A stretch of DNA of 64,000 nucleotides from Oceanispirochaeta sp. (GTDB lineage: Bacteria; Spirochaetota; Spirochaetia; DSM-2461), in assembly GCA_963663385.2 (NCBI GenBank), contig CAXXXD010000001.1:521497-585496 (forward strand). Direction: 5' to 3'. The position numbers and the translations under genes were made by a program. Positions 1-9,836 of this stretch are shown here, one piece after another (the first letter of the stretch is position 1; every line of letters starts with the position of its first letter). The notes under the pieces are model-generated. The model was given only the letters and a program-made list of their open reading frames with translations, ran no database searches and was not told the DNA's origin.

Positions 1-2
1 TC

Positions 3-1040
3 ATTGCCGGCGTATCGGGAAAGACCCTGACCAACGGTATCATAGCCGGAGCCCTGGGCCTTTTTGTGGCAACCATCGGACTTGATCCCATGACCAGCAA
101 CACCCGATTTATCTTTGATAACATCAACCTCTACTCCGGATTTGATCTTGTTATCTGCCTGATCGGTCTCTTTGCCCTGAGCGAAGTTCTGAACAAGAGC
201 AAAAAAATAAAAAAGGTAAAGGAAGTGAATCTCCATAAAGAGGAGAAAGAGCTGAACGCCATCACAAAGGCGGATTATAAAAAAATGGCCCGTCCGGCCA
301 TACTCTCCTCCCTGATTGGCGTACTCATCGGTATCGTTCCCGGAACAGGTGCTTCTATGGCCTCCTTTGTCAGCTACGACCGGGCTAAAAGAATGAGCAA
401 GACACCCGAAGAGTTCGGAAATGGTTCCATCGAGGGCATTGCAGCCACCGAAACAGCCAATAATGCGGTAACGGGGGCCACCCTGATTCCCCTTTTGACC
501 CTGGGGATCCCCGGCGACGCCTCGGTCGCCATTATGCTGGGAGCCTTGATGATCAACGGTCTGACTCCGGGGCCCAAGCTCTTCGCCGATCATGGGGTGA
601 CCATGTACGCCATCATGCTGGGGCTGATCTTCGTTAATATCTTTATGTTTCTGCAGGGTAAGTTTCTGACCCGGCTCTTCGCAAGAATTATAAAGATACC
701 CATTGCCGTACTGACACCGGTTATCGTTATTTTCTGCTTTGCTGGAGCCTACTCGGTCAAGTCTTCCCTGTTCGATATCCAGGTGGCTATCGTCTTCGCC
801 GTCCTGGCCTATATTCTGAATAAGCTGCAAATGCCGGTTATCCCGGTACTCCTGGGGCTGGTTCTGGGGCCCATCACCGAAGAGAACTTCCGGCGGGCCC
901 TGGTCCTTTCGGACGGAAGCTGGAAGATTTTCGCCTCCTCTCCTATCAGCATAGTCCTGCTGGCGGTTATCGCCCTCTCCCTGTTTGTCATTATCAAGGG
1001 AAAGATCAGTGAGGAGACAGCAGAGCCGGAAGTCCCTTGA
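3..1040 (+). CDS. tctA: Tripartite tricarboxylate transporter large permease TctA (5'-partial)
   Basis: Frame is open from base 3. Motifs GIVPGTGA, E(T)ANNA, IPLLTLGIPG, PGP and LGLVLG..EENFRRAL are typical of TctA; the protein is highly hydrophobic. Confidence 0.9.
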   Translation: MAGVSGKTLTNGIIAGALGLFVATIGLDPMTSNTRFIFDNINLYSGFDLVICLIGLFALSEVLNKSKKIKKVKEVNLHKEEKELNAITKADYKKMARPAILSSLIGVLIGIVPGTGASMASFVSYDRAKRMSKTPEEFGNGSIEGIAATETANNAVTGATLIPLLTLGIPGDASVAIMLGALMINGLTPGPKLFADHGVTMYAIMLGLIFVNIFMFLQGKFLTRLFARIIKIPIAVLTPVIVIFCFAGAYSVKSSLFDIQVAIVFAVLAYILNKLQMPVIPVLLGLVLGPITEENFRRALVLSDGSWKIFASSPISIVLLAVIALSLFVIIKGKISEETAEPEVP

Positions 1041-1091
1041 AGTTTGCAGCATCACATAAAGATATAAACTATATAGATAAGGATCAACAAA

Positions 1092-2483
1092 ATGCATAAG
1101 CCTAACATAATATTTTACTTCTCCGATCAGCAGAGAGCCGATACCTGCGGCTGCTATGGTCAGGAGCTGGAAATCACCCCCAATCTGGACCGCTTTGCCG
1201 ACGAGGGGATACGATTCGAACATGCCTTTACAGCCCAGCCTGTCTGCGGCCCCTGCCGCGCTCTTTTTCAAACGGGGCTTTATCCCACCTCTACAGGCTG
1301 TTTCCGGAATAATGTGGCCCTTCCTCTCGATGCGAAAACTCTGGGTCACTATTTTACCGATGCCGGCTATGAGACCGCCTATGTGGGTAAATGGCATCTT
1401 GCTTCAGACGGAGATCTGGAATCAAAGCCAACGGTAGATTATCACCACTCCGCCATCCCTCCCGAACGGCGGGGCGGATACACCGGTTACTGGCGTGTGT
1501 CGGATGTCCTGGAATTCACCTCCAACGGATACGGAGGCTACCTCTTTGATGAGAATATGGAACGTCACGAGTTTTCGGGCTATAGAGTGGACTGCATCAC
1601 CAGCTACGCCCTGGATTTTCTGAAAGGAAGAGCAAAGGACAAACCCTTCTTTCTGACAGTATCCCATATTGAGCCTCATCACCAGAATGATGCCGGACAC
1701 TACCAGGGTCCTGAAGGTTCTAAGGAAAAGTTCAAAAACTATAAAGCGCCCGGAGATCTTCAGGGTCTGGAGGGAGATTATCAGGAAGAATACCCTGACT
1801 ACCTGGGAGCCTGTGAAAGTGTGGACCGGAATTTCGGACGCATGATTAAATACCTGAAGGACGAAGGGATCTATGAGGACACGGTGATCATCTTCAGTTC
1901 CGATCATGGTTCCCACTTTCGCACCCGCAACCAGGATGAGCATCTGTCCGGCTATGATGACTATAAACGGACCGGCCACGACTCGGCTCTCCGGGTTCCT
2001 CTGGTCATCAGAGGCGGAGCTTTTAAGGGCGGAAAGGTCGTTCGGGATCTGGTCAGTACGGCGGGCATACCCAAAACTCTTCTCTCCATAGCAGGGATAC
2101 CGGAAGACGATAACAGGCCCATGGTGGGAGAAGATCTTCAGGAAGTAGCCGAAGGTCGTATCCCTGACAGGAAGAACGAAGTCTTCGCACAGATCTCAGA
2201 AAGCCGGGTGGGAAGGGTAATCCGAACCCCCGAATACACTTACGGTGTCTATGCCCCCGGAAAACATGGCGGAAAGGAGCAGAAGAGCGATGAATATGCC
2301 GATGACTACCTCTATAATCTGAAGGCTGATCCGCACCAGAAGAAGAACCTTGCTGCGGATCCGGACTACCGGGAGGCAAAGGCAGAACTGAGAGAACGCC
2401 TTTTAAACTGGATCGCAGAGACCGAATACGGCGGAGACAGAACGCAGGTCAGAATCATAGATGATATTTCCGTCAGGAGCTGA
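1092..2483 (+). CDS. Sulfatase (formylglycine-dependent, arylsulfatase A-like)
   Basis: N-terminal PNII..SDQ, CGPCRALFQTG (CxPxR motif), GKWHL and SSDHG. Confidence 0.92.
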   Translation: MHKPNIIFYFSDQQRADTCGCYGQELEITPNLDRFADEGIRFEHAFTAQPVCGPCRALFQTGLYPTSTGCFRNNVALPLDAKTLGHYFTDAGYETAYVGKWHLASDGDLESKPTVDYHHSAIPPERRGGYTGYWRVSDVLEFTSNGYGGYLFDENMERHEFSGYRVDCITSYALDFLKGRAKDKPFFLTVSHIEPHHQNDAGHYQGPEGSKEKFKNYKAPGDLQGLEGDYQEEYPDYLGACESVDRNFGRMIKYLKDEGIYEDTVIIFSSDHGSHFRTRNQDEHLSGYDDYKRTGHDSALRVPLVIRGGAFKGGKVVRDLVSTAGIPKTLLSIAGIPEDDNRPMVGEDLQEVAEGRIPDRKNEVFAQISESRVGRVIRTPEYTYGVYAPGKHGGKEQKSDEYADDYLYNLKADPHQKKNLAADPDYREAKAELRERLLNWIAETEYGGDRTQVRIIDDISVRS

Positions 2484-2574
2484 CGTTGATTCCGGCCCCA
2501 TATTACCCGGCCTGGTTATATGGGGGCGGAGTTGAAGCTCCCCGAAGCAGGACCAAAGGCGCAAATGATCGGAT

Positions 2575-2603
2575 TTGACATATGCTCCATTCCCCTGTAG
2601 CTT
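2575..2603 (+). promoter_or_regulatory. Putative sigma70 promoter of the regulator gene
   Basis: TTGACA-17 bp-TAGCTT just upstream of the 2622 start. Confidence 0.5.
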
Positions 2604-2621
2604 TGTAGTAAGGATCAGAAC

Positions 2622-3761
2622 TTGGCTGAAGTTGATGAATTGAAAGAGTTTCTCCCCCCACAGAAAAAATACCTCAAAGTTTACGAGTATCTGCTGGTCT
2701 ATATTGATCAGAATAAATTCTCAGAGAACAACAAGCTTCCCTCAGAGAATTTTCTCTGCCGAAAATTTTCAGTCAGCAGAGAGACCGTCCGCAATGCCGT
2801 AAGGCTCCTGAATGAGGAAGGACGGATTTCCTCGGTCAGGGGAAGCGGAAGCTATTTTGACAGGAACTTCGCCCTCAAGAAAAAGATGCAACATGACATA
2901 AGCAAAACACGCATAGGTTTTATAACACAGGGGCATGACTACAACACAAGTTCCAATCTGGCCAGGGGGATAAAGCATGCTTTGAATAAAGAGACAGTGG
3001 ATTTGAAGATCTTTATGACAGATAACAAACTGAGCAACGAAAGGCTTTGCCTTGAATCCTGCTCCACCGGTTTCGACGGCCTGATCATAGACGGGGTAAA
3101 GGCCAGTATAATGAATCCCAACCTCGACTGTTATCAGAAGATAGACCGTCACGAAACCCGTCTTCTATTCTTCAATAACTACTATATGGGAACCTCCTAT
3201 CCCCGGGTCATCATAGATGATGCTCTCTGTGCGGATGAACTTGTTCGCAGACTGACTGAAAAGGGTCATCGGCATATTGCCGGGATTTTCATGTACGATA
3301 ACTATCAGGGGCAGGAAAAGTATAACGGATTTATGAGATCCCTTTTAAAATACGGTGCGGTATTCAAGGATGAATATGTAAAGTGGTGTATTTCCGATGA
3401 AAGTTACGGAAAAAAGGCCTTTCCCCGCAGCCTCTGGAAGTTCATACATAATCTTCCCAAGGTTACAGCCGTGGTGTGCTGTAACTATATGATTCTCAAA
3501 ATGATTCAGGAGGTTTTCAGGGAAAGGAGTATTCGGGTACCGGAGGACTACTCGATTGTCTGTTTTGACTACTCAAGCACGGACTGGCAGAAAAGCCGGA
3601 TCACTGCTTCTGTCCATCCGGGCTTCGATATGGGGGTAAAAGTGGGACAGACTATTCTGCAAATGGTAGAGGACCCCGATTTCAGGAAGAGGGATTACTC
3701 CTATACGTTTCAACCGCGGATTCATGAAGGGTGTTCCATTATAGATATTGGTAAATATTAA
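2622..3761 (+). CDS. GntR-HTH / LacI-type sugar-binding domain regulator (AraR-like)
   Basis: N-terminal KLPSE..LC..FSVSRETVRNA...RGSGSY (GntR wHTH), followed by a periplasmic-binding-fold domain (GHRHIA, VPEDYSIVCFD). Confidence 0.88.
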   Translation: MAEVDELKEFLPPQKKYLKVYEYLLVYIDQNKFSENNKLPSENFLCRKFSVSRETVRNAVRLLNEEGRISSVRGSGSYFDRNFALKKKMQHDISKTRIGFITQGHDYNTSSNLARGIKHALNKETVDLKIFMTDNKLSNERLCLESCSTGFDGLIIDGVKASIMNPNLDCYQKIDRHETRLLFFNNYYMGTSYPRVIIDDALCADELVRRLTEKGHRHIAGIFMYDNYQGQEKYNGFMRSLLKYGAVFKDEYVKWCISDESYGKKAFPRSLWKFIHNLPKVTAVVCCNYMILKMIQEVFRERSIRVPEDYSIVCFDYSSTDWQKSRITASVHPGFDMGVKVGQTILQMVEDPDFRKRDYSYTFQPRIHEGCSIIDIGKY

Positions 3762-3853
3762 AACAATTAGTATTCTAATAAAATACATGAGTATAAAATC
3801 TTTACTTCCTTTTGCCTGGCCAATATGATAGAAATTATCAACCATGTTAGCTA

Positions 3854-3881
3854 TTGACATTTGTTTTGTGCACGATATAAT
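3854..3881 (+). promoter_or_regulatory. Consensus sigma70 promoter of rpsU
   Basis: Perfect TTGACA (3854-3859), 16-bp spacer, TATAAT (3876-3881); AAGGAG RBS before the TTG start. Confidence 0.75.
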
Positions 3882-3909
3882 TTCTACATTGTAAAGTAAG
3901 GAGTATTTT

Positions 3910-4119
3910 TTGGCACATATAGAAATTTATGATGATGAACCTCTTGAAAAAGCACTTAAAAGGTTTAAGAGAAAAGTTGAAAAAGAAGGTATCATTAGGG
4001 AATTTAAAAAAAGACAGTATTATCAGAAACCCTCAGCCAAACGCCATGAACAGGAGAAGTCAAGGCAAAGGAAAGAGTTAAAAAAGCTTAGAAAGCTTGA
4101 CCGGCGTAAGTTGTATTAA
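3910..4119 (+). CDS. rpsU: 30S ribosomal protein S21
   Basis: EPLEKALKRFKRKVEKEGIIREFKKRQYYQKPS is the S21 signature. Confidence 0.95.
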   Translation: MAHIEIYDDEPLEKALKRFKRKVEKEGIIREFKKRQYYQKPSAKRHEQEKSRQRKELKKLRKLDRRKLY

Positions 4120-4330
4120 GAATAATATTGGTTAAGTATCTCATCTTTTGCCAGTTTGGGGCTGTCTTGTGAGCTGTTGGGTAGACAGCCCTAATGTGTG
4201 TCATTATTTCTTGTTGACATCAATTCCAGGTGTTTTTCTCCATTTCACCTGCTTATTCTGAAACAAACTGTCAACAGCGGTGAAAAAGTTCCTCATTTCA
4301 ACGGTTTAAAAGTTCCGCTTCTGGGTAAAA

Positions 4331-5095
4331 TTAAACAGGATCAACGATCCCTATTTTCAACCGGTCTTTCATCCGGTATGAATCCCCTTTAAGACTCAGG
4401 ACATGTGCATGGTGAAGGAGCCTGTCTATAGTCGCTGTCGCAATGGCTTCATCATCCAGAATCTCAGCCCAACGACCGAAAGACTTGTTTGTGGTGATGA
4501 TCATACTGCCTTGTTCATAGCGGGTGTTTACAATCTGAAAAAACAAGTTGGCCTGTTCTTTCGTCAGGTTCTCGTAGCCAACTTCATCGATAAGGATGAG
4601 ATGAGGCTTTCTAAGCCAGGTAAGCCGTCGCTTCAACCGCCCCTGCTCCCGGGCATGGGTCAGATTCTCCATCAGATCGATGCAGCTTGTATACCATACA
4701 GTATAACCATTCTGACAGGCTTTATGAGCCAGAGCTAGCATCAAATGGGTTTTACCCAATCCACTTGGCCCCATCAGTACTAGATTTTCCTTTCTTTCAA
4801 TGAAAGCCAGACTAGAAAACTCTGCCAGTTGAGCAGCGGTCAATCCTCCCTTCAACCAGGATAGGTCGAAGTCCTCTAATAGCTTGATCGATGGCATTCC
4901 AGAGAGCTTCAGACGGCTTTTTGCAGCTCTCTCCTTACGGGGAACGTACTCCAGTTCCAATAGGTCTGCAATTGACTGAGAGAGAGTGTTTTCTGTGTGA
5001 GATTGAGCTTCAAGGAAGCTCTCCAACCCCGCCGCCATAAACTCCAGCCCTAAGTCGTTCATCCTGATCTCTATGGTCTCCTGCAGTACATTCAT
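4331..5095 (-). CDS. istB: IS21 helper ATPase IstB
   Basis: Walker A GPSGLGKT, Walker B LILIDEVGY, SMIITTNK and ATIDRLLHH..GDSYR. Confidence 0.95.
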   Translation of the reverse strand: MNVLQETIEIRMNDLGLEFMAAGLESFLEAQSHTENTLSQSIADLLELEYVPRKERAAKSRLKLSGMPSIKLLEDFDLSWLKGGLTAAQLAEFSSLAFIERKENLVLMGPSGLGKTHLMLALAHKACQNGYTVWYTSCIDLMENLTHAREQGRLKRRLTWLRKPHLILIDEVGYENLTKEQANLFFQIVNTRYEQGSMIITTNKSFGRWAEILDDEAIATATIDRLLHHAHVLSLKGDSYRMKDRLKIGIVDPV

Positions 5096-6375
5096 GCTGT
5101 TACCCCCATAAGCTTGTCGTAGCTTTCAGGATGGCGTGTATCAACCTCTGTATGCATCAATGATGACCTGGGAGTATTCTTTATTTCCGGGACACTGGCA
5201 ACGACATTCCTTTTTGTCATGCGATTCTCTTTCTTCCAGCGTTTAACCAGTGAGTCGGTATCAATCTTTCGGATAGATTCTAATTTCGCACCTTTTGTCA
5301 GAAGCTTGAAGGTTCTAACAGGGGCCCCATCAATGAAGATAGCGGCAGTTCTTGCCAGCGTATCTACTTTCAGTGTCGCAACTTGTCCTATGAAGTCCGC
5401 GGGAATGCTGTACTTGTTTGATTCAAAACGAATAAACCCTTCTCTGGAGACAAGCAGTTCTTTAACCAGCCTTACATCTGGAGCTGCCTCAGGGTTCCAA
5501 GGGTTCATAAACTGCCTTTCGTACTCAAATCTCTCTTTTCGAGTCTGTTTAAATTGGCTCATCTGCTGTTCCACTACTGTTTTGATCCATTTGGAGACAG
5601 TCAGGTTTAAATCGTTTATTGAGCGGCTCTTCATTGCTTCTTCACGGATCAAGAAGTTGTGGCCCAGGTAACCGATAAAACGCTCTACCTTTCCCTTAGT
5701 TTGCGGTCTACGAACTTGGCAGCGAAGAGGAGTGAAACCACAGGCTGAAGCAAAGGCCAGGAGCTTTGAGTTCACGTGCCAGACACCGCCGTTGTTGTAC
5801 CAGGCTGTTCTCATGTTGTCGTAAAGAATTTCCTTCGGAACAGCACCGAAGAACCGGAATGCCATCAGATGGGCTTGGAGCAATGTCGGCGAGGTCATAT
5901 CCAAGGAGAAAAGGACAAACGGGATCCTACTATATCCCAGCAGCATGACAAATGCATATACTTTCTGAAGTTTGCCATCAATCTCCATTTTTCCGCATTC
6001 TTTCCAGTCAACTTGGGCCTGTCTTCCCGGCTCTGTTTCAAAGCGGATTACTGCTTTCTCAATCAGTTTCTTCCTGTACTTCCGGGCATAGTCACGTAGG
6101 ATTGTCATTTTTCCAGAATAACCGGAGTTTTGTAGTCTCTCATGAAGATAAACGAGGTTGAAGTATGGATCATTTTCCAAGGTATCTTCTATTATGGGGT
6201 AGAATGGTTTAAGGATGCTTTCCCGGGATTTCCTGGGACGGGTTCTGAAGTCCGGATTCAGGTATTTCCTTACCATCCGGTCGCTGACACCAAGATACTC
6301 AGCGATATACTTTTGAGTATGGCCTTCGTTGGCCATGATGCGTGCTACATGCATGCGATCTTCCTTTTGACACAT
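5092..6375 (-). CDS. istA: IS21 DDE transposase IstA
   Basis: N-terminal HTH, RFETEPGRQAQVDW, ILYDNM and PQTKGKVER; stop overlaps the istB start (ATGA). Confidence 0.95.
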   Translation of the reverse strand: MCQKEDRMHVARIMANEGHTQKYIAEYLGVSDRMVRKYLNPDFRTRPRKSRESILKPFYPIIEDTLENDPYFNLVYLHERLQNSGYSGKMTILRDYARKYRKKLIEKAVIRFETEPGRQAQVDWKECGKMEIDGKLQKVYAFVMLLGYSRIPFVLFSLDMTSPTLLQAHLMAFRFFGAVPKEILYDNMRTAWYNNGGVWHVNSKLLAFASACGFTPLRCQVRRPQTKGKVERFIGYLGHNFLIREEAMKSRSINDLNLTVSKWIKTVVEQQMSQFKQTRKERFEYERQFMNPWNPEAAPDVRLVKELLVSREGFIRFESNKYSIPADFIGQVATLKVDTLARTAAIFIDGAPVRTFKLLTKGAKLESIRKIDTDSLVKRWKKENRMTKRNVVASVPEIKNTPRSSLMHTEVDTRHPESYDKLMGVTA

Positions 6376-6605
6376 AGGGGCAGGTTCCTTTTGTAGTAGG
6401 TGTGGTAATCTCTACTTTAGGATATTTGCCCCTTTTTATGTCAGTAAAAGCGGAACTTTTTCGCCGCTGAATGTAGGAACTCTAGCACCGTTGCTCACAC
6501 AAACCTGTTTGAAGCGAAAATATACCTTTCGGGCTATCGGGTTTTTCTGTATCCGGGACTATCAGTGGATAGTTAAGAGGATGTGTATTTAAGGACATAA
6601 AATTC

Positions 6606-6658
6606 TTGAAAGATAACAAATCAAGTGTTATATTCTTCAATATGCGAAAAAATATTCG
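6606..6658 (+). promoter_or_regulatory. Putative promoter with downstream palindromic operator
   Basis: TTGAAA-17 bp-TATATT (6606-6634, TG-extended), then CGAA-N6-TTCG at 6645-6658 just before the HTH gene. Confidence 0.45.
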
Positions 6659-6673
6659 TGAAAAGAGCTTCTT

Positions 6674-6979
6674 GTGAAAGAGGAGAAATGGACATTCTTT
6701 ACAAACTACTCACATATTCTGTTCTATGTTTACACTCATCCTGAGCTTCCCATGAGGGAGATAGCCTTGAAGGTGGGGATAACGGAGAGAGCCGTACAGA
6801 ATATTATCAGGGATTTAATCCAGGCCGGTATTCTGTCCATTGAAAAAGTGGGAAGAAACAACCGGTACAACGTGAACAAGGATATCCCGTTACGCCACCC
6901 GATAGAATCTCACAGAAGTATTTCAGATTTGCTTGAATTCATAAATAACAGGAAAGGAGGGGCAGATGGCTCATCTTAA
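6674..6979 (+). CDS. Winged-helix transcriptional regulator
   Basis: WTFFTNYSHIL...MREIALKVGITERAVQNIIRDL..AG...KVGRNNRY. Confidence 0.85.
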   Translation: MKEEKWTFFTNYSHILFYVYTHPELPMREIALKVGITERAVQNIIRDLIQAGILSIEKVGRNNRYNVNKDIPLRHPIESHRSISDLLEFINNRKGGADGSS

Positions 6980-8804
6980 GAGAGAAATCAGTGCCTTTGG
7001 TGTTTTCAGTATAGCAGGAGGAGCCATGATCAGCTCCGGGATTTTTATCCTGCCCGGATTGGCTTATTCCATGGTGGGGCCGGGACTGTTTATCTCCTAT
7101 CTTATCGCCGGGTTTCTGGGATTAATCGGTATATTGAGCATGATTGAACTGGCTACAGCTATGCCCAAGGCCGGAGGGGATTATTACTATATCAATAAAT
7201 CCTTCGGTCCCATGCTGGGGTCAGTATCAGGCTTTCTGGGATGGTTCGCCCTATCGCTGAAGAGCGCTTTCGCTATCTTCGGTATAACGGAAATCCTGTA
7301 CCTGTCAACAGGTTTTCCGCCTCTGTTAAGCGGGGTTATCCTCTGTATCCTGTTTGTTGTTCTTAACATTATAGGTGCGAAAGAAGCCGCCGTATTTCAG
7401 ATAGGCATGGTTCTTATGCTGCTGGGGTTGATGATCTTATACATTATAACGGGTCTTCCTCACCTGAACAGAGCGTATTTCGATCTGTCTCAGGGGGGCG
7501 ATTTTAATACCCTTTTTATAACATCAGGTTTTATCTTCATTTCCTTTGGAGGATTGCTGAAGGTTGCCAATATTTCAGAAGAGGTGAAAAATCCTAAAAG
7601 GAATCTCCCCCTGGGTATGATAAGCGCTATTATAGTTGTGACGGTTCTCTATGTTCTCATGATTATCGTTATGACTGGAACGCTGTCTCCCGAACTGTTT
7701 AAAACCAGTACGACACCTGTAGCGGACTCGGCCAGGATTACTTTGGGGAACCCCGGTTACCTGATTATCCTGGCGGCGTCCACTCTGGCTTTTTTTTCCA
7801 CAGCCAATGCGGGAATTATGGCGGCTTCGCGCTATCCCCTGGCCTTGAGCGCAGACAAACTCATACCGCCTTTTATGGGACGCATCAGTTCCCGGACGAA
7901 AACCCCGGTGCCGGCTATCATTATTACAGGAATATTGATTTTTATCGCTCTGCGGCTTCCTCTTGAGAGTCTGGTTAAAGCAGCCTCCACCGTTATTCTA
8001 AGTTCCTATGTGTTAACGAATCTGTCAGTGATTATCTTCAGAGAGAGCAAACTGACTAATTACTCTCCCAGCTACAAAGCCCCTTTATATCCCTGGCTTC
8101 AGATTTTTTCCGTTTTACTTTTTTCTTTTTTCATAGTTGATATGGGGCTTTCTGCCGTTGAAATCAGTATGTCTCTCTTACTGATCGGTTTCGGCTCTTA
8201 TGTTTTCTACGGTAGACATCGTGCCGATAAAGAGTCGGCTTTGATCCACCTCATGAGGCGGATTGCGGATGATCAGCTGGTAAAGGAAAGTTTCGAAGAC
8301 GACTTCAGGGAGATTATTATCGACAGGGATAATATCGAACAGGATAATTTTGATCATCTGCTGAAAAAAGCGAAGATTATTGATCTTGAGGGTCATTATG
8401 ACTATCCAACCATGCTTAAGATTGTAGTGAAGGATATAGCCGATGAAGCGGGGATGCCGAAAGAGGAGCTGATAAAGAGGTTTGAGGAAAAACAGAAACG
8501 GGACAATACGGCGCTGACCCCCTTTCTGGCCGTACCGCATATCATTATTGACGGAAAGGAAAAAATGTTTATGACCGTCGTAAGGGCGAAGGAAGGTGTA
8601 TGCTTTACAAAAGAGGAAGACTCGGTAAAGGCTATTTTCCTTATGGGCGGTTCCTCAGATGTCAGAATGCTTCATCTGAAGACGATTGCAGCTATTGCGT
8701 CTCTGGTCATTCAGCCGGATTTTGAAAAGAAATGGCTTGAGATAAAGAATCAGGTGAAGCTGAAAAACCTCCTCCTGATTAACGAAAGGAGAAGGTATTA
8801 TTGA
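6966..8804 (+). CDS. APC-family amino acid permease with C-terminal PTS EIIA-like domain
   Basis: GAMISSGIFILPG, ELATAMPKAGG and SEEVKNPKRNLP in a multi-TM region; soluble C-terminus with TALTPFLAVPH (EIIA type-2 His motif) and HLKTIAAIA. Confidence 0.88.
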   Translation: MAHLKREISAFGVFSIAGGAMISSGIFILPGLAYSMVGPGLFISYLIAGFLGLIGILSMIELATAMPKAGGDYYYINKSFGPMLGSVSGFLGWFALSLKSAFAIFGITEILYLSTGFPPLLSGVILCILFVVLNIIGAKEAAVFQIGMVLMLLGLMILYIITGLPHLNRAYFDLSQGGDFNTLFITSGFIFISFGGLLKVANISEEVKNPKRNLPLGMISAIIVVTVLYVLMIIVMTGTLSPELFKTSTTPVADSARITLGNPGYLIILAASTLAFFSTANAGIMAASRYPLALSADKLIPPFMGRISSRTKTPVPAIIITGILIFIALRLPLESLVKAASTVILSSYVLTNLSVIIFRESKLTNYSPSYKAPLYPWLQIFSVLLFSFFIVDMGLSAVEISMSLLLIGFGSYVFYGRHRADKESALIHLMRRIADDQLVKESFEDDFREIIIDRDNIEQDNFDHLLKKAKIIDLEGHYDYPTMLKIVVKDIADEAGMPKEELIKRFEEKQKRDNTALTPFLAVPHIIIDGKEKMFMTVVRAKEGVCFTKEEDSVKAIFLMGGSSDVRMLHLKTIAAIASLVIQPDFEKKWLEIKNQVKLKNLLLINERRRYY

Positions 8805-8919
8805 TGATATTCTACTTGAATGGGATATAGGTTATCAGACAGAGGATAAAAAATCGGAACTCAGATTTTTCATTATGAATCATAGGAGTTCCGATTGGAG
8901 GTGGACGTATGAACTTTTA

Positions 8920-9777
8920 TTACTGAGTAGATAATTCAGTATTTGTCCCGTTCTGAACTTTCGGGATATGACTGCTTATATTCGTCAGGGCATGCCCATT
9001 CTCCAGTAATGCTGTGGTGATATCCGGATTTGCTGCTTCCAGTCTCCCGACAGCTTTTTTAGCATCAAAAATATAATCCTTTTCTCCGCAAACATATGTC
9101 AGAGGGACTTTGAGGTTTTTCAGTTCCCTGTCAGTAAAAAGGGCCGGATTGTCCATCCGGTACCTGAAATGCCTGGTTAAAAGGACCTGGAATTGAACGA
9201 CTTCTTCCGGAACCGGAGCTCCGTCAAACATAATAGACAATAATTTTCTTATTCCCTTTTCCCCCTGTATGGAATAGAAGATGGTTTTTATCAGGAATGA
9301 TATTTTCGGCTTTACAATCCCGGTTGGAGCCAGAGCGATGACGCCGGCTGTTTTTTCCGGATAAGTCAGTGCATAGCGGATGACCGCCCACCCCCCAAGG
9401 GACAACCCTCCCAGTAAAGGTTTATCCAGAGCCAGTCTATTAATGACTTCATCGAGCCATAGACTGAAAGTATCGCCTTTTGTATCAAATCTTACAGCTT
9501 CGCTTTTTCCCGGTTCTCCCGGAATATCTAAACTGTATACCCTGTAGCTCTGACTGAGTTTTTCCATATCTCCCATCCACGCCAGTGAATTGGATCCTGA
9601 ACCATGCAGCAACAGAAGGGGGGGATTTTTTTCCTCTCCTGCCGAAACAATGAATGTAGTGCCGTATTTTGTTTCTATGAAGAAATGCTCAACCAGGGGG
9701 AATTGCTCCAGCATGTTATTGTAAAACCGGAGAATGCAGTCTTTTCCCTTTTCTGTTCTGAAAATCTCTTTGTTCAT
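8920..9777 (-). CDS. Alpha/beta-fold hydrolase
   Basis: LLLLHGSG, DIPGEPGKS, GLSLGG nucleophile elbow, GEKD and C-terminal GH. Confidence 0.9.
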   Translation of the reverse strand: MNKEIFRTEKGKDCILRFYNNMLEQFPLVEHFFIETKYGTTFIVSAGEEKNPPLLLLHGSGSNSLAWMGDMEKLSQSYRVYSLDIPGEPGKSEAVRFDTKGDTFSLWLDEVINRLALDKPLLGGLSLGGWAVIRYALTYPEKTAGVIALAPTGIVKPKISFLIKTIFYSIQGEKGIRKLLSIMFDGAPVPEEVVQFQVLLTRHFRYRMDNPALFTDRELKNLKVPLTYVCGEKDYIFDAKKAVGRLEAANPDITTALLENGHALTNISSHIPKVQNGTNTELSTQ

Positions 9778-9836
9778 ATTTCTCTCCTATAAAAAGTCAA
9801 TCATAAGCCTATTAACAAGCTTACAATTGAACCGGA

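Larger units (their letters stand above)
4269..6499 (-). mobile_element. Complete IS21-family insertion sequence (istA-istB)
   Basis: Ends TGT...ACA. Imperfect ~52-bp terminal IRs: TGTCAACAGCGGTGAAAAAGTTCCTCATTTCAACGGTTTAAAAGTTCCGCTT versus the reverse complement TGTGAGCAACGGTGCTAGAGTTCCTACATTCAGCGGCGAAAAAGTTCCGCTT, each with two internal repeats. Flanked by the direct repeat CAAAC (4264-4268 and 6500-6504). Confidence 0.93.
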
